Source: Fidelibacterota bacterium (GTDB lineage: Bacteria > Fidelibacterota > Fidelibacteria > Fidelibacterales > Fidelibacteraceae). From it: 38,336 bases of DNA. The notes under the pieces were generated by a model that was not told the origin of the DNA, did not search any database, and saw only the letters and a list, made by a program, of their open reading frames with translations. Made by a program: the position numbers and the translations under genes. Location of the stretch: assembly GCA_034723415.1 (NCBI GenBank), contig JAYEOX010000115.1, positions 1 through 38,336 of the forward strand, in the 5' to 3' direction. Positions 28,866 to 37,904 of this stretch are shown here, one piece after another; within the stretch, counting starts at the first letter, position 1; every line of letters starts with the position of its first letter.

Positions 28866-29322
28866 TTCTTCTTCCTCTTCCTCTACCTCTTTTTTGACAA
28901 TATTCACCATGCCCAAATCTTTCAGCCAGATCAATCAGATTTTTCGAACCGCAGGAAGGACATGTTGTAATTTTATCTCCAAAATTTGAATTAAACATAT
29001 ATCCGCATGAATAACATTTAATAATATTCTCACGAAAATGAATGTTACCACCATTTATTTTTAAACTTTTTCCTTCAATAATAAATTCTGCTATTTTTTT
29101 ATGAGCATTTTTTATTAATCTTGTAAATGTCGAGCGAGATATTTCCATTTTTTTTGCAGCTTCTAAATGATCATCACCAAAATAATCATATAGACGAATT
29201 GCTTCATATTCATCAATTGTTAATGATATTTTATTTAAAATATTGCTTCTGACTCCAACAGGTTTAAAATCTGTAAAAACAGGTGGTCTGAAAATAATTC
29301 TATCTTTTTGATGTCGTGACAT
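28858..29322 (-). CDS. DUF134 (UPF0251) predicted DNA-binding protein with zinc ribbon
   Basis: FKP.G, EYEAIRL.D, AAKKMEISRSTFTR (HTH), CYSCG..CPSCGS; start reset to ATG 29322 behind AAGGAG. Confidence 0.9.
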   Translation of the reverse strand: MSRHQKDRIIFRPPVFTDFKPVGVRSNILNKISLTIDEYEAIRLYDYFGDDHLEAAKKMEISRSTFTRLIKNAHKKIAEFIIEGKSLKINGGNIHFRENIIKCYSCGYMFNSNFGDKITTCPSCGSKNLIDLAERFGHGEYCQKRGRGRGRRRD

Positions 29323-29349
29323 TTTACTCCTTCCTTTCAATTATCTTAT

Positions 29350-29378
29350 AATATAATGAACATAAGTGCAAAATGCAA
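29350..29378 (-). promoter_or_regulatory. Putative sigma70 promoter with an internal dyad (candidate DUF134 operator)
   Basis: Minus strand TTGCAT-17 bp-TATATT; the spacer holds the imperfect palindrome TGCACTTATGTTCA. Confidence 0.5.
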
Positions 29379-29474
29379 ATGTTTTTTTATTTTTTTCTAC
29401 TAATTATTTAAATATTTAAAATAAATTTAAATGAAATATATTGTACTATAATTAAATGATTTAACAGGATAAAT

Positions 29475-30191
29475 TTATTCAATAAAAAAAGAGTTTTTCA
29501 AATATTTTTCATCATCAGCATAAACAAAAATGCAACTTCCATCTTTTATTGTATCAATTATTTCATCTTTAATATTCATTGGTAATGCCGGACAGCCCCA
29601 ACTTGTACCGAGGCGATTATTTTCTGCAATAAATTTTTCACTTACATAATCTGCACCGTGAATTACAATATCCCGTTTTCGTGCTTTGTGATTAATGCCT
29701 TTTTCAATTCCATCAATGCGAATAGAATATCCGTGGTTGCCGAAATATGTTTCCCCTGTAACAAAAAATCCCAAGCTACTTTGTCTTGATTCACGAATAT
29801 TTGAGAAGTCAACTGCAATATTTTCGCCTGAATTTTCTCCGTGAGCTACAAAAGTATTAAATAACAATTTTCGTTTATTTATATCTATGATATACAATCT
29901 CTTTTTTGTTGAAATTTGTGAAAAATCAATAATTGTGATTATATTTGGATTTTGTAATTCAATAAATTTTTGTCCGATCATTGCTTTTCGAAAAATATTA
30001 TATTTTAAATTATAAGAATTTAATTTGCAGTCATCATATAACTTTTTAATTGCTTGATTAAATTTTTCTGATACTTTTGGAATATTTTCTTTTCTATATT
30101 TTATTGTAGAGCAACTATTTATCAAAATTGCAATTACTGTTAATAGTCCAAAGAATAGTAAATTTGATTTTTTAAATACTTCTTTTTTCAT
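29475..30191 (-). CDS. Murein L,D-transpeptidase catalytic domain (YkuD_2) lipoprotein
   Basis: Lipobox-like INSC, VAHG, SSLG, IVIHGA, SWGCPA. Confidence 0.88.
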   Translation of the reverse strand: MKKEVFKKSNLLFFGLLTVIAILINSCSTIKYRKENIPKVSEKFNQAIKKLYDDCKLNSYNLKYNIFRKAMIGQKFIELQNPNIITIIDFSQISTKKRLYIIDINKRKLLFNTFVAHGENSGENIAVDFSNIRESRQSSLGFFVTGETYFGNHGYSIRIDGIEKGINHKARKRDIVIHGADYVSEKFIAENNRLGTSWGCPALPMNIKDEIIDTIKDGSCIFVYADDEKYLKNSFFIE

Positions 30192-30258
30192 TGTTAAAAA
30201 CTCCTTATTATTTTATATTTAAATATAAAAAATATATTGTAATTATGTAATTTAAAAA

Positions 30259-30759
30259 TTGGAAAAATTAATGAAAGAAATAGAAATAAAATTTAAACCA
30301 ATCGGAATAATTCATTCATCATTTAAAACAGTAAAAGGAACTCCAATACAGTCAAATGCAAGTAAAAAGGCAAAGGGAACTATAGAAATATTTCCAGAAT
30401 TTACAGATGGATTAAAAGATTTAGAAGGATTTTCTCATATTCAATTATTATTCCATTTTCATTTATCTAAAAAATTTAAATTAAAAGTTAAGCCATATAT
30501 GGATGATCAATTTCATGGTGTTTTTGCTACGCGTGCTCCATCTCGACCAAATTTAATCGGATTATCCATTGTTGAATTGATAAAAATAGATGGAAATATT
30601 CTTCATATAAAAAATTTGGATATGATAGAAGGAACGCCATTACTTGATATTAAACCTTATGTGTCAAAATTTGATGATGTCGAAGTGAAAAAAATCGGAT
30701 GGCTAAAAAATAGAATACATAAATTGGATAAAACAAAAGATGATGGAAGATTTAATTGA
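30259..30759 (+). CDS. tsaA: tRNA t6A37 N6-methyltransferase TrmO/TsaA family
   Basis: PIGII, LEGFSH, GVFATRAPSRPN, GTPLLDIKPY; true start may be ATG 30271. Confidence 0.9.
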   Translation: MEKLMKEIEIKFKPIGIIHSSFKTVKGTPIQSNASKKAKGTIEIFPEFTDGLKDLEGFSHIQLLFHFHLSKKFKLKVKPYMDDQFHGVFATRAPSRPNLIGLSIVELIKIDGNILHIKNLDMIEGTPLLDIKPYVSKFDDVEVKKIGWLKNRIHKLDKTKDDGRFN

Positions 30760-30797
30760 ATTGTTAATAGTCAATTGTGAATTTATAATTAGAGAAA

Positions 30798-31394
30798 ATG
30801 AAAATGTGTGACAATAAGAAAATAAAAAGATGTGATTGGGTTGGAAATAATCCGTTATATATTAAATATCATGATAGCGAATGGGGAGTTCCTGTTTTTG
30901 ATGATGATAAGTTATTTGAGTTTTTGGTATTGGAAACATTTCAAGCAGGGTTGAGTTGGTTGACTATTTTGAAAAAGAGAGAAAATTTTATAGAAGCATT
31001 TGAGAATTATGATTATAAAAAGATAGCTAAATATAATAATGAAAAGTATGAAGAATTGTTACGAAATAAGGGAATTATTCGTAATAAATTAAAGATCAAA
31101 GCGACAATTTTCAATGCGAAAGAATTTATAAAAATCCAAGATGAATTTGGTTCATTCAGTAAATATATTTGGGGATTTATTGATAATAAACCAATTGTAA
31201 ATGAATTCAAGACGATAGATGAAATTCCCACAAAGACAGAACTTTCAGAAAAAATTAGTAAAGATCTAAAGAAACGCGGATTTAAATTCGTTGGTCCAAC
31301 TATAATTTACGCTCATATGCAGGCAACCGGAATGGTGAATGATCATACTATTGATTGTTTCAGATATGATGAGATAAATGATTTGATTGAATAA
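30798..31394 (+). CDS. tag: DNA-3-methyladenine glycosylase I
   Basis: RCDW, YHDSEWG, FQAGLSW, IIRN..KI, GFKFVG, VNDH..DC. Confidence 0.95.
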   Translation: MKMCDNKKIKRCDWVGNNPLYIKYHDSEWGVPVFDDDKLFEFLVLETFQAGLSWLTILKKRENFIEAFENYDYKKIAKYNNEKYEELLRNKGIIRNKLKIKATIFNAKEFIKIQDEFGSFSKYIWGFIDNKPIVNEFKTIDEIPTKTELSEKISKDLKKRGFKFVGPTIIYAHMQATGMVNDHTIDCFRYDEINDLIE

Positions 31395-31397
31395 AAT

Positions 31398-31473
31398 ACT
31401 TCCGAAGTTTTAAGGAAATAAATGAGAATAAAATATAATTATCGAGAATAAATAAATTGTAAACTTCGGAAGT
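31398..31473. repeat. Inverted pair of REP-like palindromes
   Basis: ACTTCCGAAGTTT (31398-31410) and AAACTTCGGAAGT (31461-31473) are exact reverse complements. Confidence 0.7.
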
Positions 31474-31554
31474 TTATAGTACTTTTTTTGTTTTATTTGA
31501 AAGTAAAATTTACTATATTTATAGAAGTAAAATTTAAAAGTGGGAGTTGTAATA

Positions 31555-32868
31555 TTGAAATTATCAACCTTTAAAAGTGGAATTCATCCGAAGAGTTATA
31601 AAGAATTCACTGATAAGAAAAAAATTGAAAAAATGCCGTTGCCGGATGAGATATTTGTTCCATTAAACTTGCATATTGGGAAACCGGCAAAACCGGTTGT
31701 GCAGAAAAAAGATGAGGTGAAAACCGGCCAAATTATTGCTGAAGCTGATGGATTTATTTCAAGTGCAATTCATTCACCGGTAACCGGAGTTGTTAAAAAA
31801 ATCGATGAATTTGATCATCCGGTTGGTATTCGTTCCACAATGATTCACATAAAAAGAACTGGCGAAGATGAGTGGGATTTAATTGATATTCCAAAAGATT
31901 GGAAAAATGTTGAAAGTGGTGAACTGCTTGAAATAGTTAAGAAAGCCGGAATCGTTGGACTTGGTGGAGCAACATTTCCGACTCATGTCAAATTATCACC
32001 ACCGGAAGAAAAATCGATTGATTCTTTTATTTTGAATGGAGCTGAGTGCGAACCATTTCTTAATGCCGATAATAGAATGATGCTTGAAAATACGGATAAG
32101 GTTCTGAAAGGCATGGAGATTACGATGAAAATTCTCAATGTAAAGAATGGATATATTGGAATTGAAAATAACAAACTCGATGCGATTGCAGAGATGAAAA
32201 AACGAGTTATGGAATTAAATTATGATTATAAGGTTATTCCACTGAAATTAAAATATCCTCAAGGTGCTGAAAAGATGTTGATTGATGCAATTCTAAAAAG
32301 AAAAGTGCCTGTTGGTGGACTTCCAATGGATGTTGGAGTTGTTGTCAATAATATAGGAACTATGATTGCGATTTTCGAAGCGGTGACGGAAGGAAAACCG
32401 CTGGTAGAACGAATTGTCACTGTATCAGGAAATGGAGTGAATGACCCGAAAAATATACTTGCAAGGATTGGAACGCCACTTGAGAAATTGATAGATTTTG
32501 CCGGTGGCTTGAAAGATGAAACCAATCTCGTTTATATGGGTGGTCCAATGATGGGAATTCCTCAGCACACGACTTCGGTGCCAATGATAAAAGCAACAAG
32601 CGGTGTAATTTGTTCCGTTGTTCCTATTGAAAAAGAAAAGGAATATCCTTGTATTCGGTGTGGAACTTGTATCAGAGTTTGTCCAATGAATTTAATGCCT
32701 ACAAAATTATCTCGTTTAGCGGAATTAGGTAGATATGATGAGTTAGGAAAATACGAAATACAAAGTTGTATCGAATGCGGTGCTTGTGCTTACTCCTGTC
32801 CTTCAAACATTCCATTGGTTCAATGGATAAGAGTTGGTAAGTTAAAATCCAATCAATTAGATAATTAA
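31555..32868 (+). CDS. rnfC: Rnf electron transport complex subunit C
   Basis: GIHP, GLGGATFPT, NGAECEP, YPQGAEK, MGGPMMG, two CxxCxxCxxxCP motifs; TTG start at 31555 behind GGGAG. Confidence 0.96.
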   Translation: MKLSTFKSGIHPKSYKEFTDKKKIEKMPLPDEIFVPLNLHIGKPAKPVVQKKDEVKTGQIIAEADGFISSAIHSPVTGVVKKIDEFDHPVGIRSTMIHIKRTGEDEWDLIDIPKDWKNVESGELLEIVKKAGIVGLGGATFPTHVKLSPPEEKSIDSFILNGAECEPFLNADNRMMLENTDKVLKGMEITMKILNVKNGYIGIENNKLDAIAEMKKRVMELNYDYKVIPLKLKYPQGAEKMLIDAILKRKVPVGGLPMDVGVVVNNIGTMIAIFEAVTEGKPLVERIVTVSGNGVNDPKNILARIGTPLEKLIDFAGGLKDETNLVYMGGPMMGIPQHTTSVPMIKATSGVICSVVPIEKEKEYPCIRCGTCIRVCPMNLMPTKLSRLAELGRYDELGKYEIQSCIECGACAYSCPSNIPLVQWIRVGKLKSNQLDN

Positions 32869-32891
32869 AAAAATAATAAACGGAAAAAATT

Positions 32892-33914
32892 ATGGAAGAA
32901 AAATCAAAAACAGCAAGTAAAAAATCAAAGAAAAAAGATCCGCGTGCAAAGTTAAAAAAGCCGGACAGAGAATCAATGTTATTAAGATCATCACCACATT
33001 TAAAAAGTGATTACAGTGTTAAAAAAATAATGAGAGGTGTACTATTTGCACTGTTACCAACTACAATACTTGGAGTTGTTTTTTTTGGTTGGCATGCTTT
33101 ATTAATGATTGGTGTTGGAATCGTTAGTTGTGTGTTGACCGAATTAATATTCAATTTAGTAAGTGGAAAGAAGTTTAAATTGACGGATGGCACTTCGGTT
33201 TTGACAGGATTATTATTGGTTTTGACATTGCCGCCTTCTTTTCCAATTCCCGGTGTAATTTTGGGAAGCGTAGTTGCGATTTTTATTGGTAAAATGATAT
33301 TCGGTGGTTTGGGTTATAACATTTTTAATCCGGCATTACTGGGAAGAGCTTTTTTGCAAGCAAGTTATCCTGTAAAGATGACTACATGGACTTTACCAAA
33401 ATTTGTTGGAACAGATGCGGTTACAGGGGCAACTCCTTTAGGATTATTTAAATTTGAACATATTATGACGAATATTAAGCCATTAATTTTAGGAAATGTT
33501 GGTGGGACGATTGGCGAAACATCTGCGATAGCTATCATACTTGGCGGGATTTTTATTCTAATTAAAAAGTATGCCGACTGGAGAATTCCTTTAAGTTATA
33601 TTGGAACCGTTTTTATACTTGGTGGAATTTTTTGGTTGATTGATCCTGCTCAATATCCAAATCCTGTTTTTCATATTTTTGCTGGTGGATTAATGTTGGG
33701 AGCATTTTTTATGGCAACTGATATGGTAACTTCTCCTGTTACACCAAAAGGCAGTTGGATATTTGGAATTGGAGCTGGTGTGGTTTTGATTACGATACGG
33801 CTTTTCGGAGGATTACCGGAAGGAGTGATGTATTCAATAATTTTTATGAATGGATTAGTTCCTCTTATTAATAGATATACACGACCAAAAGTATTTGGAG
33901 AGGTAAAAAAATGA
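32892..33914 (+). CDS. rnfD: Rnf subunit D
   Basis: SSPH, FGGLGYNIFNPA, DAVTGATPL (FMN-Thr), GETS, FMATD. Confidence 0.96.
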   Translation: MEEKSKTASKKSKKKDPRAKLKKPDRESMLLRSSPHLKSDYSVKKIMRGVLFALLPTTILGVVFFGWHALLMIGVGIVSCVLTELIFNLVSGKKFKLTDGTSVLTGLLLVLTLPPSFPIPGVILGSVVAIFIGKMIFGGLGYNIFNPALLGRAFLQASYPVKMTTWTLPKFVGTDAVTGATPLGLFKFEHIMTNIKPLILGNVGGTIGETSAIAIILGGIFILIKKYADWRIPLSYIGTVFILGGIFWLIDPAQYPNPVFHIFAGGLMLGAFFMATDMVTSPVTPKGSWIFGIGAGVVLITIRLFGGLPEGVMYSIIFMNGLVPLINRYTRPKVFGEVKK

Positions 33915-34486
33915 ACAAATCGCTGAAAATGATTTTGGTTTTAACTATTATTACAATTATTTCCGGATCTATATTATCTTATTGGGATAGTTTTACGAAG
34001 CCAATAATTAATGAATATAAAAGTAATAAATTAGATAAATTAATATTAGAAATTTTACCGGAACATAATTCTATTGAAGAATTGAAACTTGGTGAATATA
34101 ATTTATATATTGGTAAACTTGATGAAAAAATAGTTGGAATTGCATTTAAAGTTGAAGGTAGTGGATATCAAGATATTATTTCAATGATTGTTGGTGTAAC
34201 GCCGGACTTTTCTAAGATCACTGCTTTGAAAATATTAAGTCAAAAAGAGACGCCGGGTTTAGGAACTAAAATCGTTGAAGATCCGTCAAATAAAAATCCA
34301 TCTTGGTTTACAGAACAATTTAAAGATGTAAAAGTGGAACCGGAAATTATATATGTAAAAAATGCTAAGCCATCAAAAGACAATGAAATTCAAGCAATAA
34401 CGGGAGCAACAATTTCATCAAAATCAGTTGTAAATATTTTAAATACAAATATCGGTAAAGTGAAGAAGATGTATAATGAAAAATAA
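33911..34486 (+). CDS. rnfG: Rnf subunit G
   Basis: N-terminal TM, GYQ, ETPGLG, AITGATISS (FMN-Thr). Confidence 0.93.
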   Translation: MNKSLKMILVLTIITIISGSILSYWDSFTKPIINEYKSNKLDKLILEILPEHNSIEELKLGEYNLYIGKLDEKIVGIAFKVEGSGYQDIISMIVGVTPDFSKITALKILSQKETPGLGTKIVEDPSNKNPSWFTEQFKDVKVEPEIIYVKNAKPSKDNEIQAITGATISSKSVVNILNTNIGKVKKMYNEK

Positions 34487-34522
34487 TAAAATGAACCATA
34501 TATAAATAATAAAGGTGAATAT

Positions 34523-35137
34523 ATGTCACAAAAAAAAGTAACACTTTTTCAAGAATTCTTGAAGGGAATTTGGAAAGAAAATCCGATTCTTGTTTCGCTA
34601 TTGGGATTATGCCCGACACTTGCTGTTACAGTCTCAGCTGAGAATGGATTAGCTATGGGATTGGCATCAACTTTCGTAGTTATCAGTTCAAGTGTTTTTG
34701 TATCAATATTGAGAAAAATTATTCCTTCACAGGTTAGAATTGCAAGTTTTATTGTAATTATTGCAACATTTGTTACTATAGCAGATAGATTTTTAGCTGC
34801 ATATTATCCTGAAATTAGTAGTAGTTTGGGGCCATTTATTCCATTGATAATTGTGAATTGTATGATATTGGGAAGACAGGAAGCATTTGCTTCAAAGAAC
34901 AATATTGGGCGATCATTTTTGGATGCATTCGGTGTTGGAATTGGTTTTACAGTTGTATTAGTTTTATTGGGTGGAGTTAGAGAAATTCTTGGGTCGGGAA
35001 CTCTTTTTGGTGTCGAAGTAATGTGGAATAGTTTTCATCCATGGGCAGTGATGATATTGCCACCGGGAGCTTTTTTAGCTTTAGGTTTAATAATCGGTGC
35101 ATCAAATTGGTTAAATGAATTGGGGGAGAAAAAATGA
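34523..35137 (+). CDS. rnfE: Rnf subunit E
   Basis: ENP..LGLCPTLAVT, PLIIVNC, REILG, LPPGAF. Confidence 0.95.
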   Translation: MSQKKVTLFQEFLKGIWKENPILVSLLGLCPTLAVTVSAENGLAMGLASTFVVISSSVFVSILRKIIPSQVRIASFIVIIATFVTIADRFLAAYYPEISSSLGPFIPLIIVNCMILGRQEAFASKNNIGRSFLDAFGVGIGFTVVLVLLGGVREILGSGTLFGVEVMWNSFHPWAVMILPPGAFLALGLIIGASNWLNELGEKK

Positions 35138-35706
35138 ATTTAATAATTATTTTTATATCAGCTGCTTTAATAAATAACTTTGTCTTAATTCAATTTTTGG
35201 GGATTTGTCCATTTGTTGGAGTTTCAAAAAAAATGGATTCGGCAGTAAGTATGGGGCTTGCAGTTACTTTTGTGATGGTAATAAGTGCAGCTGTAACTTG
35301 GTTGATCTATAATTTGATTTTAGTTCCTTTTGAAATGCAAATTTTGGAATATGTTTCATTCATTTTGGTTATCGCTTCATTAGTTCAATTAGTAGAAATG
35401 TTCATAAGAAAAGTTAGTAAGCCATTATACGATTCGTTAGGAATTTTTCTTCCACTGATAACAACAAATTGTGCAATTTTGGGATTGGCATTAATTTCGG
35501 TGTTACGAGATTATAGTTTTATTGAAAGTGTAATCTTTGGAGTTGGCGCCGGAGTTGGATTTACTTTAGCATTAGTAATTATGGCTGGAATAAGAGAGGA
35601 ATTAGAATTAGCTCCTGTCCCAAAACATTTTAAAGGTGCGGGCATCACGATGATAGTTGCCGGTTGTTTGGGATTGGCGTTTATGGGGTTTTCAGGACTA
35701 ATTTAA
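35134..35706 (+). CDS. rnfA: Rnf subunit A
   Basis: NNFVL..FLGICP, MGLAV, LGIFLPLITTNCAILG, GIRE. Confidence 0.96.
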   Translation: MNLIIIFISAALINNFVLIQFLGICPFVGVSKKMDSAVSMGLAVTFVMVISAAVTWLIYNLILVPFEMQILEYVSFILVIASLVQLVEMFIRKVSKPLYDSLGIFLPLITTNCAILGLALISVLRDYSFIESVIFGVGAGVGFTLALVIMAGIREELELAPVPKHFKGAGITMIVAGCLGLAFMGFSGLI

Positions 35707-35740
35707 AAAATATTATGGAATGTTTAATTAAGAATTTATA

Positions 35741-36454
35741 ATGGGTAATAAGAAAATAAGAAATATAACAATTATTTTTTTAATCTTTTTTTTAGTAAGT
35801 ATTAAATTTGTTTACGCAAATGAAGGATTTAAAGATTTAAGTGTATCAATTAACACATCTTGGAATAGTAAATATTTTTCCGAAGGTAGAAATAATTTAA
35901 ATGATGGAGGAATGTTCGTTATTGGATCAAATTTTGGTTTAAATGGATTCTCTATTGGTTCTTGGCTTGGAATAGGCGATACTGAAGATTATCAGGAATT
36001 ACAAATGTTTATTCAATATGGGAAAAAAATCTCAAATTTTGATTTATATATTCAATATCAAAGATTAAGATTTTTTAAAAGTAAAAAAAATGATAACGAA
36101 TTAGGTGTGGGTATAGCATATTCAAAATATCCTTTGTTATTGCCGTCAATTGATTATGTATATTCAACAGAATCTGAAGGAGCATATCTTTATTGTACAG
36201 TTAAATCTAATATAAATATAACTGAAAATTTCTCTTTTTCCCCATATTTATTAGAAGGAATAGATCTTGGATATGCCTCACAAAAATATGATGGTTTTAA
36301 TAATTTTCAAATTGGAATTGAAGCAATTTTTTCTTTAACAAATAAAATTAATTTGAATAGTAGTATTGCTTATAGTTGGGCGCAGGAAGATGTTAACAGA
36401 ACTAATGGTAAAGACCAATTTTGGGGTAATGTGGGAGTATCTTTTGAATTTTAA
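35741..36454 (+). CDS. Putative outer-membrane beta-barrel protein
   Basis: Signal peptide ending VYA, aromatic/Gly-rich alternating strands, C-terminal 'GVSFEF' BamA-type signature. Confidence 0.7.
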   Translation: MGNKKIRNITIIFLIFFLVSIKFVYANEGFKDLSVSINTSWNSKYFSEGRNNLNDGGMFVIGSNFGLNGFSIGSWLGIGDTEDYQELQMFIQYGKKISNFDLYIQYQRLRFFKSKKNDNELGVGIAYSKYPLLLPSIDYVYSTESEGAYLYCTVKSNINITENFSFSPYLLEGIDLGYASQKYDGFNNFQIGIEAIFSLTNKINLNSSIAYSWAQEDVNRTNGKDQFWGNVGVSFEF

Positions 36455-36487
36455 CTTGATGATAAATTATAATATAAAAGGATAACT

Positions 36488-37297
36488 ATGGAAATAAATT
36501 CATTATTAATTGCAGCAGGAAGTATGGGTGGATTAGGATTGATCTTTTCAATTGGATTGGCAATTGCAGATAAAAAATTACATGTAGAAGAAGATCCAAA
36601 AATCTCTCAAATACATGAAGTACTTCCAGGTGCAAACTGTGGTGCTTGTGGATTTCCGGGTTGCGGAGCTTTTGCTGAAAATGTTGTAAGTGGGAAAGCA
36701 GAATACAATGGATGCCCTGTTGGTGGACCTGAAGTTGCAGAAGAAATTGCGAAAATATTGGGAATAGATGCCGGTAATTCTGAAAGAATGGTAGCACAAG
36801 TTATGTGTCAAGGTGGAGATGCAGAAACAGCAAGAAAGGCGACTTACGATGGAATAAAGACATGCACAGCAGCAACATTAATAAGTAAAGGAGAAAAATT
36901 TTGTGAATATGGCTGCATCGGATATGGCGATTGTGTAGATGCTTGTCAATTTGATGCAATGTATATGAATGACAATGGATTACCAGTTGTGATAGAAGAT
37001 AAGTGTGTTGGATGTGGTGAATGTGTAAAAGCGTGTCCGCAAGGAATTATGGAAATGCATCCCATTAGTCATAAAGTTTTATTAAGATGTAAGAACGAAG
37101 ACAAGATCCTTTTCGCTAGACAAGTTTGTACAAGAGCTTGTATTGGATGTGGAATATGTGTTAGAGAAGCAGGAGAAGGTAAATTAACAATGTCAAATAA
37201 TTTAGCAAGAATTGATTATGAAAAATTCGGTGATGATACAAAAATTCCAACAGAAAAATGTCCTGGTAAATGTTTTACAAGTTCAGGTGAAATTTAA
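36488..37297 (+). CDS. rnfB: Rnf subunit B
   Basis: N-terminal TM, LPGANCGACGFPGC, CPVGG, several ferredoxin Cys motifs. Confidence 0.95.
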   Translation: MEINSLLIAAGSMGGLGLIFSIGLAIADKKLHVEEDPKISQIHEVLPGANCGACGFPGCGAFAENVVSGKAEYNGCPVGGPEVAEEIAKILGIDAGNSERMVAQVMCQGGDAETARKATYDGIKTCTAATLISKGEKFCEYGCIGYGDCVDACQFDAMYMNDNGLPVVIEDKCVGCGECVKACPQGIMEMHPISHKVLLRCKNEDKILFARQVCTRACIGCGICVREAGEGKLTMSNNLARIDYEKFGDDTKIPTEKCPGKCFTSSGEI

Positions 37298-37330
37298 CCA
37301 CAAGGAACGCAAAGAAATCACAAAGGACAA
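37294..37330 (+). repeat. Dispersed repeat copy 1 (TTAACCACAA-N10-GAAATCACAAAG)
   Basis: Begins at the rnfB stop; matching copy at 37901. Confidence 0.65.
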
Positions 37331-37448
37331 ATTATAGTTTTAGTAGAAATATCGCAAATTGTTAGAAATTTAAAATTATTTTCAACAAATATAAGGAGTC
37401 TTGATTTTTTTGTAGTCTTTGATGAGAATCTTAAAGAGAAAATTATTT

Positions 37449-37904
37449 ATGAAAAACACAAACACTATTGATAAAGAATTTGGAATAGTTACTAAACTTT
37501 TAGACAATAATATTGTTTTAATCAAAGTGGATTCTGTTGATAAAGCAGCTTGTAAACATTGCCAAGCAAGAATAATATGCAGACCGAATTTAGATCAGGA
37601 AAGCAATTATATTAAAGTAAAAAACTCTATCGGTTATAAAATTGGTGATAAAGTAATGATAATTAAAAAAGAAAATTTATTGTTAAAGATCAGTTTATTA
37701 CAATATGGATTCCCATTAATTGGTTTTCTATTGGGAATATTTATTTCATATTTTTTACGATTGACTATTTTCAATATTCCAAATGAATTGATTCATTTTA
37801 TTTTTGGAATTATTGGAGTTGGATTTGGTGGAGCAGCCGGTAGAATTTATGCGAATAATTTAAGTAAAAACCCTGAAGAATATTTTGAAATTATGAAGAA
37901 TTAA
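37449..37904 (+). CDS. rseC: RseC/MucC family protein (SoxR-reducing system / Rnf accessory)
   Basis: AC..C....C, GD.V, YGFPL, two TM helices; start probably ATG 37449. Confidence 0.8.
   Translation: MKNTNTIDKEFGIVTKLLDNNIVLIKVDSVDKAACKHCQARIICRPNLDQESNYIKVKNSIGYKIGDKVMIIKKENLLLKISLLQYGFPLIGFLLGIFISYFLRLTIFNIPNELIHFIFGIIGVGFGGAAGRIYANNLSKNPEEYFEIMKN

Noticed and set aside
30759..30784. Heptamer periodicity (AATTGTT AATAGTC AATTGTG)
   Set aside because: Only three degenerate units; too weak to call.
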